64,000 nucleotides of DNA from Octopus vulgaris (GCA_951406725.2 OX597822.1:31806001-31870000), one strand, 5' to 3'; counted from the first letter of the stretch, positions 41,128 through 53,604 are shown. The notes: generated by a model from the letters alone, not told the origin. Numbers and translations are program-made.

Positions 41128-41524
41128 TCTTTATATATAAAAGTGAAGTTGTGTGTCTGTCTCCTACGATTTAGATTCCTAACTACTCCCACATTTTGCG
41201 GTGCAGTGTAATCAAAAGCGGGTATCTTATAGTCGTGATTCATATCGAGCCCTTCTGGGTATTAGCGCGCGTCTACGATGAGTCTACGATTTTTAAAATA
41301 ATTTACCATCATTTTTTTCCATTTTAATGCATTTTTTCGCTATTATATAAGGGAAGTAATTCTCTAAAAATGTCTACGATGAGTCAACGATTTAAAAAAA
41401 ATTTACCATCATTTTTTTTCCATTTTTAATGCATTTTTTTGCTATTTTTTGGCTATAACTCTCTAAAAATGCTTATATAGTTATTTCCCTTACAAACCCG
41501 AGCAACGCCGGGTGATACTGCTAG
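41128..41524 (+). mobile_element. Non-autonomous Helitron with ~100-bp internal duplication
   Basis: A|TC start, hairpin CCCGAGCAACGCCGGG, CTAG|T end; direct repeat 41271-41370 / 41372-41470. Confidence 0.88.
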
Positions 41525-42545
41525 TTTATGATAAAGATTACGTTATCGCGGCTTCAGCATTCCAATAGTATTATCCAATATGGCGCAGAAGAAACAGTAA
41601 CACTACGAATAAAATACACTAAGTAGACTAACCTATATTCCTTGCGTTTACTCAACTATGTTTCACGTTTCCAGGAAACATAATATAATTATTAGTTTGA
41701 CTCCCTTAACTTGCAGACTCCCTAGACTTCTATTAACACTAAAAACCTCCAAGGTAAGATTTGGTTATATATTAATCATCATAAATAAATAGCAGTTTCA
41801 AAATCTGAAAAGCTCGTCGTTTGATTCTTAATAACATCCGATAAATCTTTCTTTTAAGTTAATAACATGATAAACAAAAACTATAGTCCGAATGTGAGGT
41901 AGGCATGAGTTATTTTGGACACGTATGAAGAAGTTTGGGAGAAACCAAGCGTTTTAACAATCCATGTAATATCGTGTATTGTGTGTCTGTGAAAGAAATC
42001 TGCAGTACCTTTCAGTTTCCTTTCAACAATAATCAGAGGGATATTTCCTGTATTAAGAAATAAAATATTCATGTCTGGAGAAATAAAATCAGTTGAAACC
42101 ACGGAACAATTCTTTCTTTCTTGTATTTAATGATCGTCTATAAATTTGTTCTCTTCGTGCACAGCAAGGCTTCTATTAGCGATAATGTTTTCAAATCATT
42201 CCGATTAGTGAAAGCAGTAATGCTCAGAGAAGTTTGTGTTTCTCAAATTGTAATCTGTAATTTCTAATTACATGGAGCCTGAACTATTTATCTTCGCCTA
42301 GGAGATGTAGTTATTTGACATTTCGTAAATACCAATATATATTGAAATTTCATTAGCCCTGTGGTGTAGTCATGGTCTTGAAAAGAAGAGTGCTGAAAAC
42401 TGTAATAAGGTAAACTGAAAAACAGCTTTCTGAAACAGATGTCGTTTGATTAGAAGACTACACATCAAGATTGTTTTGCAAATGGCCGTTCCTATAAGAC
42501 GTCAGCTTACAAGCTAAAATATCAAAGTTTCGTATTATATATAAT

Positions 42546-42755
42546 GGTTTCAAATTTTGACACAAAGCCAGAAATTTCGGGAAAGCGTCTAAGTCGATTA
42601 CATCGATCCTAGTGCTCAAATGGTACTTATTTTATCGATCCTGAAAGTATGAAAGGCAAAGTCGACCTTGGTGGAATTTCAGCTCAGAATGTATAAGCAG
42701 ACGAAATGTCTCTAATCATTTTGTCCCGCATGCTAACGATTCCACCAGCTCGCAC
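42546..42755 (-). mobile_element. SINE family A
   Basis: Reverse-complement head, core and tail. Confidence 0.85.
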
Positions 42756-42816
<61 letters not shown>

Positions 42817-42880
42817 TTATTTATATATATATACATAAATAATATATAAACATATGCATATATACATACATGTACATACC

Positions 42881-42935
<55 letters not shown>

Positions 42936-42941
<6 letters not shown>

Positions 42942-43817
42942 GAAATATTAAAATTACTAAGTCTCTCTAAAAGAGAACAACGGCAGCGTTCCCGGAAAAT
43001 ATTAGTTATCGCCATACTAATATGGCATTCTTATAAAAATAAGAATAAAGCTGACTGCTTATTAGCTCCATGAGGCCATCGCCTTAAGTTAGCTATTTGA
43101 TACACAAACTGTATCCATATAACCTTTGAACAAGGAGGTCAGTCGCTCCACACTACTTGCCGTTGTTCTCTTTTAGAGAGACTTAGTAATTTTAATATTT
43201 CTATTATTGAAAACAAGTGGGTGTATTCCACCGAAGCTAGGTAAATAAAACCTTTGAACAGAGATTGTCGAAGCGACACCTACTGGTTTGGAAGAAACGC
43301 GTCTGTAGCTGCCGGCCAAGGAGCGACTGACCTCCTTGTTCAAGGTTATATGGATACAGTTTGTGTATCAAATAAACTTAAGGCGATGGCCTCATGGAGC
43401 TAATAAGCGGTCAGCTTTATTCTTTTTTTATAAGAATGCCATATTAGTATGCGATAACTATTTTCCGGGAACGCTGCCGTTGTTCTCTTTTAGAGAGACT
43501 TAGTAATTTTAATATTTCTATTATTGAAAACAAGTGGATGTATTCCACCGAAGCTAGGTAAATAAAACCTTTGAACAGAGATTGTCGGAAGCGACACCTA
43601 CTGGTTTGGCTACGCTGCATTGAAAAGGGGCAATACCCCGAAACGCGTCTGTAGCTGCCGGCCAAGTAGTGTGGAGCGACTGACCTCCCTTGTTCAAAGG
43701 TTATATGGATACAGTTTGTGTATCAAATAGCTAACTTAAGGCGATGGCCTCATGGAGCTAATAAGCGGTCAGCTTTATTCTTATTTTTATAAGAATGCCA
43801 TATTAGTATGGCGATAA

Positions 43818-43819
<2 letters not shown>
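42936..43819 (+). mobile_element. Penelope-like/retrozyme-like element: ~360-bp unit in tandem plus an inverted partial copy
   Basis: Direct copies start at 43159 and 43476; 42936-43158 is an inverted permuted copy; (TA)n on both flanks; no ORF. Confidence 0.8.
43614..43655 (+). ncRNA. Minimal type I hammerhead ribozyme motif, U3-A8 variant
   Basis: GCTGCA-TTGAAAA-GGGG CAATA CCCC-GAAA-CGCG-TC-TGTAGC; predicted cleavage after C43649. Confidence 0.75.
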
Positions 43820-43888
<69 letters not shown>

Positions 43889-44243
43889 ATATATACATGC
43901 ATGTATGGGTACAGGACATAAAAAAAAACACAATGAGAAACAAAAACATAAAAACAAAAACATGGAAACGAACTTTTTACGAAACAACGAAAAAACTGAG
44001 AAACGAGACATACAACATAAAGAATATTCCCCTTCTTTAGTTGTCCCTGTTTCATCTACTCCACGTACGAGGGTAAGGACAAGACGCGACTTCATGGAAA
44101 CAGTCCTTCCCGCAAAGCAAATTAAATAAGATTTGGGATTTTTTGCGGAGGGTGAAAGTGGTAACAAGAACAGGACAGTGAGAACAAAACAGTAAAAACA
44201 AACAGTGAGGGATGTTAAGCCAAGACTACAGAAAAATTATTAT

Positions 44244-44710
44244 TGGTAGACGGAAACTGAAAGAAGCCCGTCGTGTATATGTATATATATATATGCATGT
44301 GTGTGTTTGTGTGTTTGTGTGTCTGAGTTTGTCCCCCTAGCGTTGCTTGACAACCGATGCTGGTTACTTAGCGTTTCGGCAAAAGAGACTGATAGAATAA
44401 GTACTGGGCTTACAAAAGAATAAGTTCCGGGGTCGAGCTGCTCGATTAAAGGCAGTGCTGCAACATGGCCGCAGTCAAATGACTGAAGCCAGTAAAAGAG
44501 TAACTATTATATATATATATATATATATTGAATTTTGTCTATGCCGGTGTATACCAACCTTCAAACAACCGTGTTTTATTGTGAAGAGGCGAGTGACTTA
44601 ATTCTGAGTGTGTTAGGCTCATGACTGTAAGATTATGGATTCACTTCTTAGATTAGGCGATACCCTGTGTCTTTGAGCAAGGTACTTTATTTCACGTTGC
44701 TCCAGTCCAG
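44244..44710 (+). mobile_element. SINE B 3' part (44244-44502) and SINE C 5' part (44583-44710)
   Basis: TGGTAGACGGAAACTGAAAGAAGCCCGTCG..GTAAAAGAGTA; TTTGAGCAAGGTACTTTATTTCACGTTGCTCCAGT. Confidence 0.78.
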
Positions 44711-45382
44711 GAAAACTTAGAGTGGACGCCTAGGCCTGATGCTGCATTCCCCACTTCCAGTATTTTCAAACGCTGTGTATCACGCTGGTCAAGAGGAATC
44801 GGCTACTTAGACACTTAACCAGTTAGCGAAAGCATTTACTCGTTTGCGAGTGACGACTGTTGTGATTTTTGCACCTGCTTTCTCTCAATGGAAAAAAGCT
44901 AATTATTTCATTAACGAATGCTTCGTATGCATTCAGTGTCGTTTTCAATAATTTGACGTAATCATGAAATACTTAATCACCCTAGCTGCGCACAGGCCGT
45001 GTTGCTAATGTAAAGCTACAGTGGCAGCGTAAAAATTAACATATCATTAGTCTCTCTTACTGATATCTAATATTCATGCAGGAATGTATTAGGGAGAGAG
45101 AGAGATAATGAGAGAAAGCGAGAGACAGATTCTGAGATGGCTTGAAACAGTCTGATGTCACCGGAGAATGCATCAATAACATACGCTCTTATGGAATTCC
45201 CTAAACTATATTTATTCATCACACAATATTGTTATCAGTTGATTTAATTTGTATTAAACAATCAAAAAGCAAACAGACATCACGTGAACTTCTATATAAT
45301 TGATGAACGCCTTAGTAACATCTGCTACATAACTCAGACGTATATGCATGCTTAAGTTTACTTAATTGAGTAATATTGAATT

Positions 45383-45743
45383 TATTACCTCCGCCATCGC
45401 TAAGACGAAGGTATTGTTTTCAGTCGTGTTTGTTTGTTTGACTGTGGACAAGATATCTCAAGAACTGCTGGATGGATTCGGATGAAACCTTCAGGGATGT
45501 TTGGCTTCGTGACTGGCACGAACGGATTAGATTTGGAGATCGATTCGGTACAGGACAAGAATTCTGGAATTTTTTCCTGTTCTTTGTTTTTTTTCAATTT
45601 ATTCTTGAGAGCGGTCGAGTTCATTATTAGTATTCTCGTTTGTGAGAGCAGCCGAGTTTCTTTCAGATATTCTCATTTTAAAAATCATCTCTGGTCATTG
45701 GTGTTGTCTTGGCGGAGGTTTGCACTTCCTGAGTACTCTTGTT
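45383..45743 (+). mobile_element. Helentron-associated non-autonomous element (HINE/DINE-1-like)
   Basis: Subterminal inverted repeats ACCTCCGCCA / TGGCGGAGGT, (GTTT)n tract near the 5' end, short 3' hairpin, T-rich flanks. Confidence 0.7.
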
Positions 45744-45861
45744 GTCTATTCATTTTCGTTGCCAACTTTGCTTACAGGAAGAAATTTAGGAAAATTCCTT
45801 ATATTAAAATTCTCACATTGAAATACATAAAAAAAGACGGTAGTAGCTATACAAGCCCCCA

Positions 45862-45920
<59 letters not shown>

Positions 45921-45922
45921 AA

Positions 45923-45974
<52 letters not shown>

Positions 45975-46028
45975 CATATAAATATATATATATATATATA
46001 TCTGTGTGTGTATGTGTATGTTCATATA

Positions 46029-46260
46029 TATTTCATTACTGCTCACAAGGGGCTAAACATAGAGAGGACAAACAAGGACAGACAAACGGATTTAGTCGAT
46101 TACATCGACCCCAGTGCGAAACCGGTACTTTATTTATTGACCCCGAAAGGATGAAAGGCAAAGTCGACCTCGGCGGAATTTGAACTCAGAACGTAACGCA
46201 GACGAAATACCGCTAAGCTTTTCTCCCGTCGCGCTAACTTTTCTGACCGCTCGCCGCCTT
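46029..46260 (-). mobile_element. SINE family A, full-length
   Basis: Near-consensus reverse complement. Confidence 0.9.
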
Positions 46261-46267
46261 ATGTGTT

Positions 46268-46305
<38 letters not shown>

Positions 46306-46464
46306 GAGTGTATGTGTTCATGTGTATATGTATCTATCTATATTATATATATATATATGTATGTATGAATGTATATGTTCATGTATGCAGGTATGTACCT
46401 ATCTATCTAGGTATAGATAAATAGATAATACATACATACACACATACATACATACATACATACA

Positions 46465-46533
<69 letters not shown>

Positions 46534-47417
46534 AACACATACATAGATATTCATACATATACACACACTCACATACATATATATATATATACACACACGC
46601 GATAGAATATTCTGACGAAGCTGAAATTCGTTGAGATAATGAACCAGTGTTTTGAAGCGCTGTAAATTTATGCAATAAATAGACAAAGGAAATCATTTAT
46701 AAAACACGGAATTTCCACGAATTCTGTGTCTTAATAATATTAACTTCAGAAGAGTAATTACTAAACCATCCGGCCTAAATGTCTGATAATATTATCCACA
46801 ACTAATGCATTTAAATATCGAATGACTCAGTTCATTTATTTGTAATTTGCAATCGACAGTACAAGCTTAAAAATTGTTAACATATACTAACATAATTGAC
46901 AAAGTGTCGCCGTCGCTCTCACTTTCTCTCTTCGTCTGCTTCTTATATATTTTTTTTGGTTTTCTCTCTATCTATTTCTGTCTGTCTCCGTCTCTCTCTC
47001 TCTCTCAGTTTCGTCGCCCCACGAACATGATCAGCAAAGGCGATTTGCTGTTATGATACTTCTAGTATAATTATATATTTCGCTGAAACGCTGACAGGTC
47101 ATTTAGTTACCTAAACGCTGCGTAAAGATAACACTAAGATCATCAATTTGTATATAAATTATATGTGCACGTACATGTTTGTGTATTCACGAGCGCCTGT
47201 GTGTGTATGTGTGTGTAGGTATGTGTGCTTGTGTGACTATGTGAGTGAGTGTGTGCATGCGCACGTTTGTAAATAATTTTATGCATGTTTTAATATTTAA
47301 ATAATGACAAAGAGCAAAGTGTATTTTGTTTAATTAATTCTCCTAAATACCGTTTGCCGCAAGTAAATAATTATAAACCTGAATATTTGTCATCGACTAA
47401 CTTTCCTCGGGGATCCA

Positions 47418-47450
<33 letters not shown>

Positions 47451-47455
<5 letters not shown>

Positions 47456-47650
47456 AGAGTTTACGAAAAAATCAAAAGACGAAGACAGGTGGTGTACAAA
47501 ACAAACAGATGTATTAGTATAACGCTCAGGAATAGAAAAAGTCTTTTACGTTTCGAGCCTACGCTCTTCTACAGAAAGGGAAACAGAAAAAACAAGGAGA
47601 GAAACAAGGAGAGAAAAAAATGTGTGTAGTGGCAAACGATCTATCATGGT
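47451..47650 (-). mobile_element. Penelope-like pLTR fragment, copy 2, with HHR-like motif at 47543-47578
   Basis: CTTT-CTGTAGA-A-GAGC GTAG GCTC-GAAA-CG-TA-AAAG; directly after (TA)n. Confidence 0.7.
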
Positions 47651-48068
47651 GACTAAAAGCACCAGCACGGAAAGTATCCTAAGATGCTGGCTGACGCTAA
47701 GTCCATTTGGTAATTTGAACCACCGAATCACACACTACCATTTTAAAATGACAACAAATAGAGGACACCCATAAATATACATCTATATGAACATAAAGCA
47801 AATCTGTGATTACAGTTCCACTCAGCAGGGTCTGATCTCGGTTAATCGCCAACTGTTGTTATCTTTGCTTCTGTAACATGATGCGTTATGAGATTCATAA
47901 TATTCCAATTAATGAAGCTATTAAGTTTGTGTAAAGCAGCGGTTCTTATATATATATACTGTAAATAATACTAATCATTATTATAAGCTTTCAGCTTATA
48001 ATTATTATTATTACAAAATTCTCACTCGTTACTGCTTCTGCGTTAAACATAGGAAACACAGATATGTG

Positions 48069-48069
<1 letters not shown>

Positions 48070-48116
<47 letters not shown>

Positions 48117-48137
48117 AATATATGTACGTATATGTAC

Positions 48138-48168
<31 letters not shown>

Positions 48169-48190
48169 CACAAATATATATATGTACGTA

Positions 48191-48222
<32 letters not shown>

Positions 48223-48241
48223 CACAAATATATATATGTAC

Positions 48242-48280
<39 letters not shown>
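48070..48280. repeat. Minisatellite built from a compound microsatellite unit
   Basis: (TA)n-CAAATATA..TGTACGTATGTGTG unit repeated ~3 times. Confidence 0.85.
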
Positions 48281-48281
<1 letters not shown>

Positions 48282-49509
48282 CGTTTAACCTTTTAGAAAA
48301 TCTCTTCCTGCCTATATTGTCTCTAGTTTTTTTAACTTGAAAATTTAGTTTTAATAGCAAAAGATTGGCCACATTCGATTTAGATCTTTACATCGGTTTC
48401 AGTCAATATTAACATCGCAATGTTTTTAGTGGCCGGTGTAAGACAGCAACCAGTTTAACACTACCACCTCGATCGGTCTACTACAATTAGCAGCTAAATG
48501 TCTTTAGAATCATAAAATTTTGTCTTAAATAAACCATAAATGAAACAATATAGTCTATAAAATAAAATAACTGGATGTAACAACTTAAGCACGTTGATCT
48601 CTTAAGTAAGCCGTCTCAAGTGAGCCTGACCTGGAGTTAAACAATGACAACTAAAGCAACAATAACAACGACTATAGTTGTTTTAAACGAGAATTTTTTT
48701 AAAAATATAACTCGTGTGATCCGATGACTTATGAGACTCACATCATTATATATGCGAGTGTTCCACAATTAAATCGATTTCTGGGAGTCAGAATGTTTTA
48801 TATGCAAGAGGAACGGGATCAAGCACACAGTATCAACAGCATTTAATGCTGAAACAATTAAAAAGCAATCACATAAAACTACGCAAAACATAGACATTTC
48901 CCACAACAAAGACCTAATTATGGAGTTCATTATGAGAATCGAATCAACATGAAATACAAAATAAATAAATAAATGAATGAATAAATAAATATGATGTGTT
49001 TGTTATTTTGTGATTAATATCTGAAATGCAATCTAATAAATGAAATTAATCCACTTTTAATAACGAGGAACAAAAAGGATTTTGATCAGGCCTGGATAGC
49101 CGTTTTGTAGCAACGGGATTTATAAGATGCGAAGCTCATCATAAACTGATCACTGATATCTCAATAAACACTGTATATAATACAGATGAGGAAAATCCAG
49201 AGAAATCCTTCGGTACCTGTCACATCGATCATACCCAGTGGTCAACGATAGACCTTACTCAGGATACAGACGATACAGTCTTTACCAGTCTATCCCGTGC
49301 TCCGAGAATGTACGTGGGGCTGACTTGAATAAAAAGCAACATTGAAGAAGGATCATAACACAGAAGTACCCAATCTATAACGGAATCTTTCTTTACCTGC
49401 TGTAGCCAAGCCTGCTTGAATCGTGGCCCCGTCATCCACTGGCGAACATGCAGTATATCAAAACTACCCTTCATGAATCTTTCAGTGCGAAACCAAGTCA
49501 TGAGATACG

Positions 49510-50019
49510 TTTCAAACTTTGGTACATAGCCGGCAATTTCGTGGAAGGGATTAAGTCGATTACATCGAATTGATCCCTCTTTTTTTTATCACCCTCAAAG
49601 GATATTTCTTTACTACCCACAAGGGGTTAAACACAGAGAGGACAAACAAGGACAGACAAACGGATCAAGTCGATTAAGTCGACCCCAGTGCGTAACTGGT
49701 ACTTATTTAATCGACCCCGAAAGGATAAAAGTCAAAGTCGACCGCGGCGGAATTTGAAATCAGAACGTAACGGCAGAAGAGATACCTATTTCTCTATTAC
49801 CCACAAGGGGCTAAACATAGAGGGGACACACAAGGACAGACATAGGTATTAAGTCGATTACATCGACCCCAGTGCGTAACTGGTATTCATTTAATCGACC
49901 CCGAAAGGATGAAAAGCAAATTCGATCTCGGCGGAATTTGAACCCAGAACGTAGCGGCAGACGAAATACTGCTAAGCATTTCGCCCGGCTTGCTAACCTT
50001 TCTGCCAGCTCGCCGCCTT
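49510..50019 (-). mobile_element. SINE A tandem multimer
   Basis: Same unit order and a similar junction (AGAAATA|GGTATCTC on the minus strand) as 28594-29180. Confidence 0.85.
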
Positions 50020-50782
50020 TAAGGTCAGAAGAAATACCACCAAGCATGTTGTCCAGCGCAGTAGTCATTCTACAATTCACCGCCGTAAACGAAGCCATGA
50101 TATAATCACGGCTGTGGATTGGTAGAATCAGTGTGTCAGAAGTGTTTTGCGACATTTGTTCCGGCGTCCTACATCTGAGCTCTAATCCTGCCCATATCCC
50201 ATTGATAGTATCATGTTTATGAATATGCAATGTCGATATGAATACAAAATTAAGCTTCTAGACGAGACGAAATAAATGTGTTTTATGAGATTGTAACACT
50301 AAATTTGTTAAGAAGAAAAAGTAGTAGATAATAAGCAAAATATAAATAAATGACTGGATGAAAGGAAAATACATAAATAAATATGATAATGTTACTGATC
50401 CTCAGTCGTTGTCGACGATGACCAGGAAATCACATGGGAAAAGAAAATGGGTCACAGTGCGTCCGGTTGTGGCCGATTTGGCCAATGCCTTTCCGCAAGT
50501 TTCTGCGGCAGGTCGGATATTGTTATCTACTGGGAAGGCGAGGAGTTGGCTCTGGACGTGAACTTATCAAGTAAATAAATAAATAAACAATAACGAAAAA
50601 ACTATCTTCAGGTCTTAATTATGAATGTGTTGTTAAGAATATCGATTCGCAAGCATGTGGTTTCAGGTTCATTACTGCTGTGCGACACCTTGGACAAGTA
50701 ATTACTCCTATAGCCCGTGTCGAATAAGAATGCTCTGTAAGAGTTCTGACTGATGAAAACTGTGGAAGCTCGTAATATATCG

Positions 50783-50866
<84 letters not shown>

Positions 50867-51046
50867 TGACCAGAAAATTCGGTCCCGGAATATTCGGTCC
50901 CCAAAAATATTGAGCTTAGGCGTTAGTAAATACTTCTCATGTAAACGTTGATTTTACTAATAAAAAAACAAAATAGAATAATAATTTTATTAATAAAAGT
51001 CACATGTATAAACCAGCAGAAAAATAAGGGTAACTCATGTTTAAAA

Positions 51047-52828
51047 TTAAACCGAAAATGTTAATGAATGAGCAATTGCCTTTAGGAAAGCTAATTTATC
51101 GTTACTCTCATAAGATTGCACAAGGTCTTTTATCCGCGCATCTATTGACTGGTCTTTTCTCTTTTTCCGTGGATTGACTCCTCTTTGGGCATGAAATATT
51201 TTGATCTGTGTAAGAGTTCCTTCTTTTCGAAGAGCATTAATAAACTTCCAGATGTTTGGGTGCTTGCTTGTTATTGATGTGTGCAATGCTGAGTTTGTCC
51301 GAGGCAATTCCTGTATTACTCGACAGTAAACATGCCAAAAATTTATAGGGTACAAGGGTTCTTCTCGTCTGTCACGTCTTCCTCTCTTTGATCCAATGTA
51401 CGTCAGCTCGAAATAGCTTATAGAATCTATTGTAACTGATTCGTCCTCAAAGAGATCTTCATAATTATCAATTACTTCTTCTGGTGGTAAAAATGCAACT
51501 GCACGGAACATTTTTATTTTAGTGGTAAAAGAACCATCAGCACTATATTGAACTTTATATCCGAGTTACTCTTTTACTCTTTTACTTGCTTCAGTCATTT
51601 GACTGCGGCCATTCTGGAGCACCGCCTTTTAGTCGAGGAAATCGACCCCAGGACTTATTCTTTGTGAACCTTGTACTTATTCTATCGGTCTTTTTTGCCG
51701 AACAGCTAAGTAACGGGGGCGTAAACACACCAGCATCCGTTGTCATGTGATGTTGGGGGGACAAATGCATACACATACACGCACACATATATATATACAA
51801 TACATATACATATATACGACGGGCTTCTTTCAATTTCCGTCTACCAAATCCACTCACAAGGCTTTGGTCGACCCGAGGCTATAGTAGAAGACACTTGTCC
51901 AAGGTGCCATGCAGTGGGACTGAACCCGGAACCATGTGGTCGGTAAGCAAGCTACTTACCACACAGCCACTCCTTGGCATAATTTCCTAGAAACTGTTTG
52001 GCATAATTTCCTAGAAAAAGGAAATAAACAACCTACGATGGTGCTTCCAGTAAATTTATTGTCACAGTTGTTACGAATTGCTCGTTCAAAGTCAATCAAT
52101 ACTTTTTTTTTTTTTAATTTCAAGAAAGGTCTTGTCATATGTTGCTTGTGTTTTGTCCGGCAGTAGAATGAAAGCTCGAGCAATTATGACAGCGTGAATG
52201 GTGGAAAGCTAATACCATACATCTGCTGATGATTTGAATGCGCTATCTATTCCTAAAAATGAGCTGTTTTCCAATTGTTGAAGATCATCGTTAGAGGCAA
52301 AGATTAAAATCCTCTTTTCATCATTACTGCCTGTGTCGCATTGCAGGGACAAATTACTGCCTTACAAGTATTTAAAAGGATCAGCCAATTGAAATCCAGT
52401 TCGATGAAGAGGCAACGGAGGAGCACCAAAAGCTTTCTTTCGCCAGTTTGTAATACTTCTAGAAACTGTTTGCAACAGTGGGAATTGATATTTCCCTTTC
52501 TCACTAATATTATTCGTAGCTTCAGAAATGATCACTCGAGTACTTGTTTCAACTCCATCTTGCAACGTTTTATTACTGCTGAAGTGGCGAATCGTGCTTC
52601 TACAGCATTTGATGTTGGTTCGTGATCATGACTATTGATTGTTGAAATAATTATAGGTTCACCTGGTTTATTCTCTGTATGAACACGAGCACGAGATGTA
52701 TAGCGAATCTCACAGCGCCACAGTTTCCTTATCTCATCGGAACTAAACTCATGAAAGTCTTAAACATAATTAAATTCATCAATCAATTTGTCTTGGTATT
52801 TCACACTTTTAAAATATTTTGCAGCCAT
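51047..52828 (-). pseudogene. Disrupted FLYWCH-MULE transposase
   Basis: WRCE..RARVHT..HDH zinc-finger-like N-terminus, DSAFK, IDFERAI, GCLF, YFELTYIG, PRTN, HPNIWKFI; stops, frameshifts and a SINE insertion. Confidence 0.85.
51568..51973 (-). mobile_element. SINE family B inserted in the MULE transposase
   Basis: Full-length near-consensus copy with (TAAAAGAG)n tail. Confidence 0.9.
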
Positions 52829-53031
52829 ACCAGGGTTTCTTAAAATTGAAAATATTCGTTATCCTGTGCGCGAAAGGACGTGTGGGCGAACGGATTCCAT
52901 AGCGGGCGAAATGACGAGATACTGATTCGCAAAAATTGTCCGGGACCAGATTTATTGGGACTGAATTTTCCGGGATTGAATTTTCCTAGAACCATATATA
53001 TATATAGGTGTGTGTATGTACGTATACATAA

Positions 53032-53062
<31 letters not shown>

Positions 53063-53066
<4 letters not shown>

Positions 53067-53254
53067 CCTCACCATCACGTGACTGACCAGTCCATCAGAT
53101 GTAGTTACACATCGCCGGTCACAATGCGTTCGCATTGTTTTAGCCTTCGAATGACGCCACCCCGCTGGCTAAGCGAGCAGGCCAACTGAAGAAAGAGTGG
53201 GAGGAAGAGTGGTGAAAGAGTACAGCAGGGATCACCACCCACTGCCGGAGCCTC

Positions 53255-53255
<1 letters not shown>
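53063..53255 (-). mobile_element. SINE D-related 3' fragment
   Basis: GAAAGAGTACAGCAG..CTGCCGGAGCCTCGT resembles 20104-20150. Confidence 0.55.
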
Positions 53256-53302
<47 letters not shown>

Positions 53303-53309
<7 letters not shown>

Positions 53310-53495
53310 ATCCGAACATGAAAACACAAAGAGAAAACGCGAGAACGTGGAACAAGTATAGTATTACTGGACGCTCAGGAAAGAAGGAAAGAAAGAGGGT
53401 TTAACGTTTCGAGTTGAGCTCTTCGTCAGAAACATGGGTAAAGGAAAGATCCAAAGAAGGGAAGACGGGGGGAAAATCGCCAGCGGTACACACAC
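53303..53495 (-). mobile_element. Penelope-like pLTR fragment in (TA)n
   Basis: Homologous to 12224-12440. Confidence 0.68.
53399..53433 (-). ncRNA. Minimal type I hammerhead ribozyme motif, canonical core
   Basis: GTTT-CTGACGA-A-GAG CTCAA CTC-GAAA-CG-TT-AAAC. Confidence 0.68.
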
Positions 53496-53604
53496 GATAC
53501 ATACATATAAAGATATCTATATATATATATCAGAAAAACTAAATTTCTAAATCTCTCGTAGAGACATGTACGGTGGTGGGGCGATAGATTGACAGTATAC
53601 AACT

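Larger units (their letters stand above)
50865..52993 (-). mobile_element. Mutator-like (MULE) DNA transposon in (TA)n
   Basis: GG..CC termini, TIRs with internal AAAATTCRGTCCC repeats, (TA)n on both sides, transposase remnants. Confidence 0.85.

Noticed and set aside
43905-44240. (TA)n-adjacent segment resembling another Penelope-like fragment
   Set aside because: No intact HHR or second copy in the window to support a call
49259-49501. 80-aa minus-strand ORF
   Set aside because: Weak resemblance to a decayed RTE C-terminus; no support as a host exon
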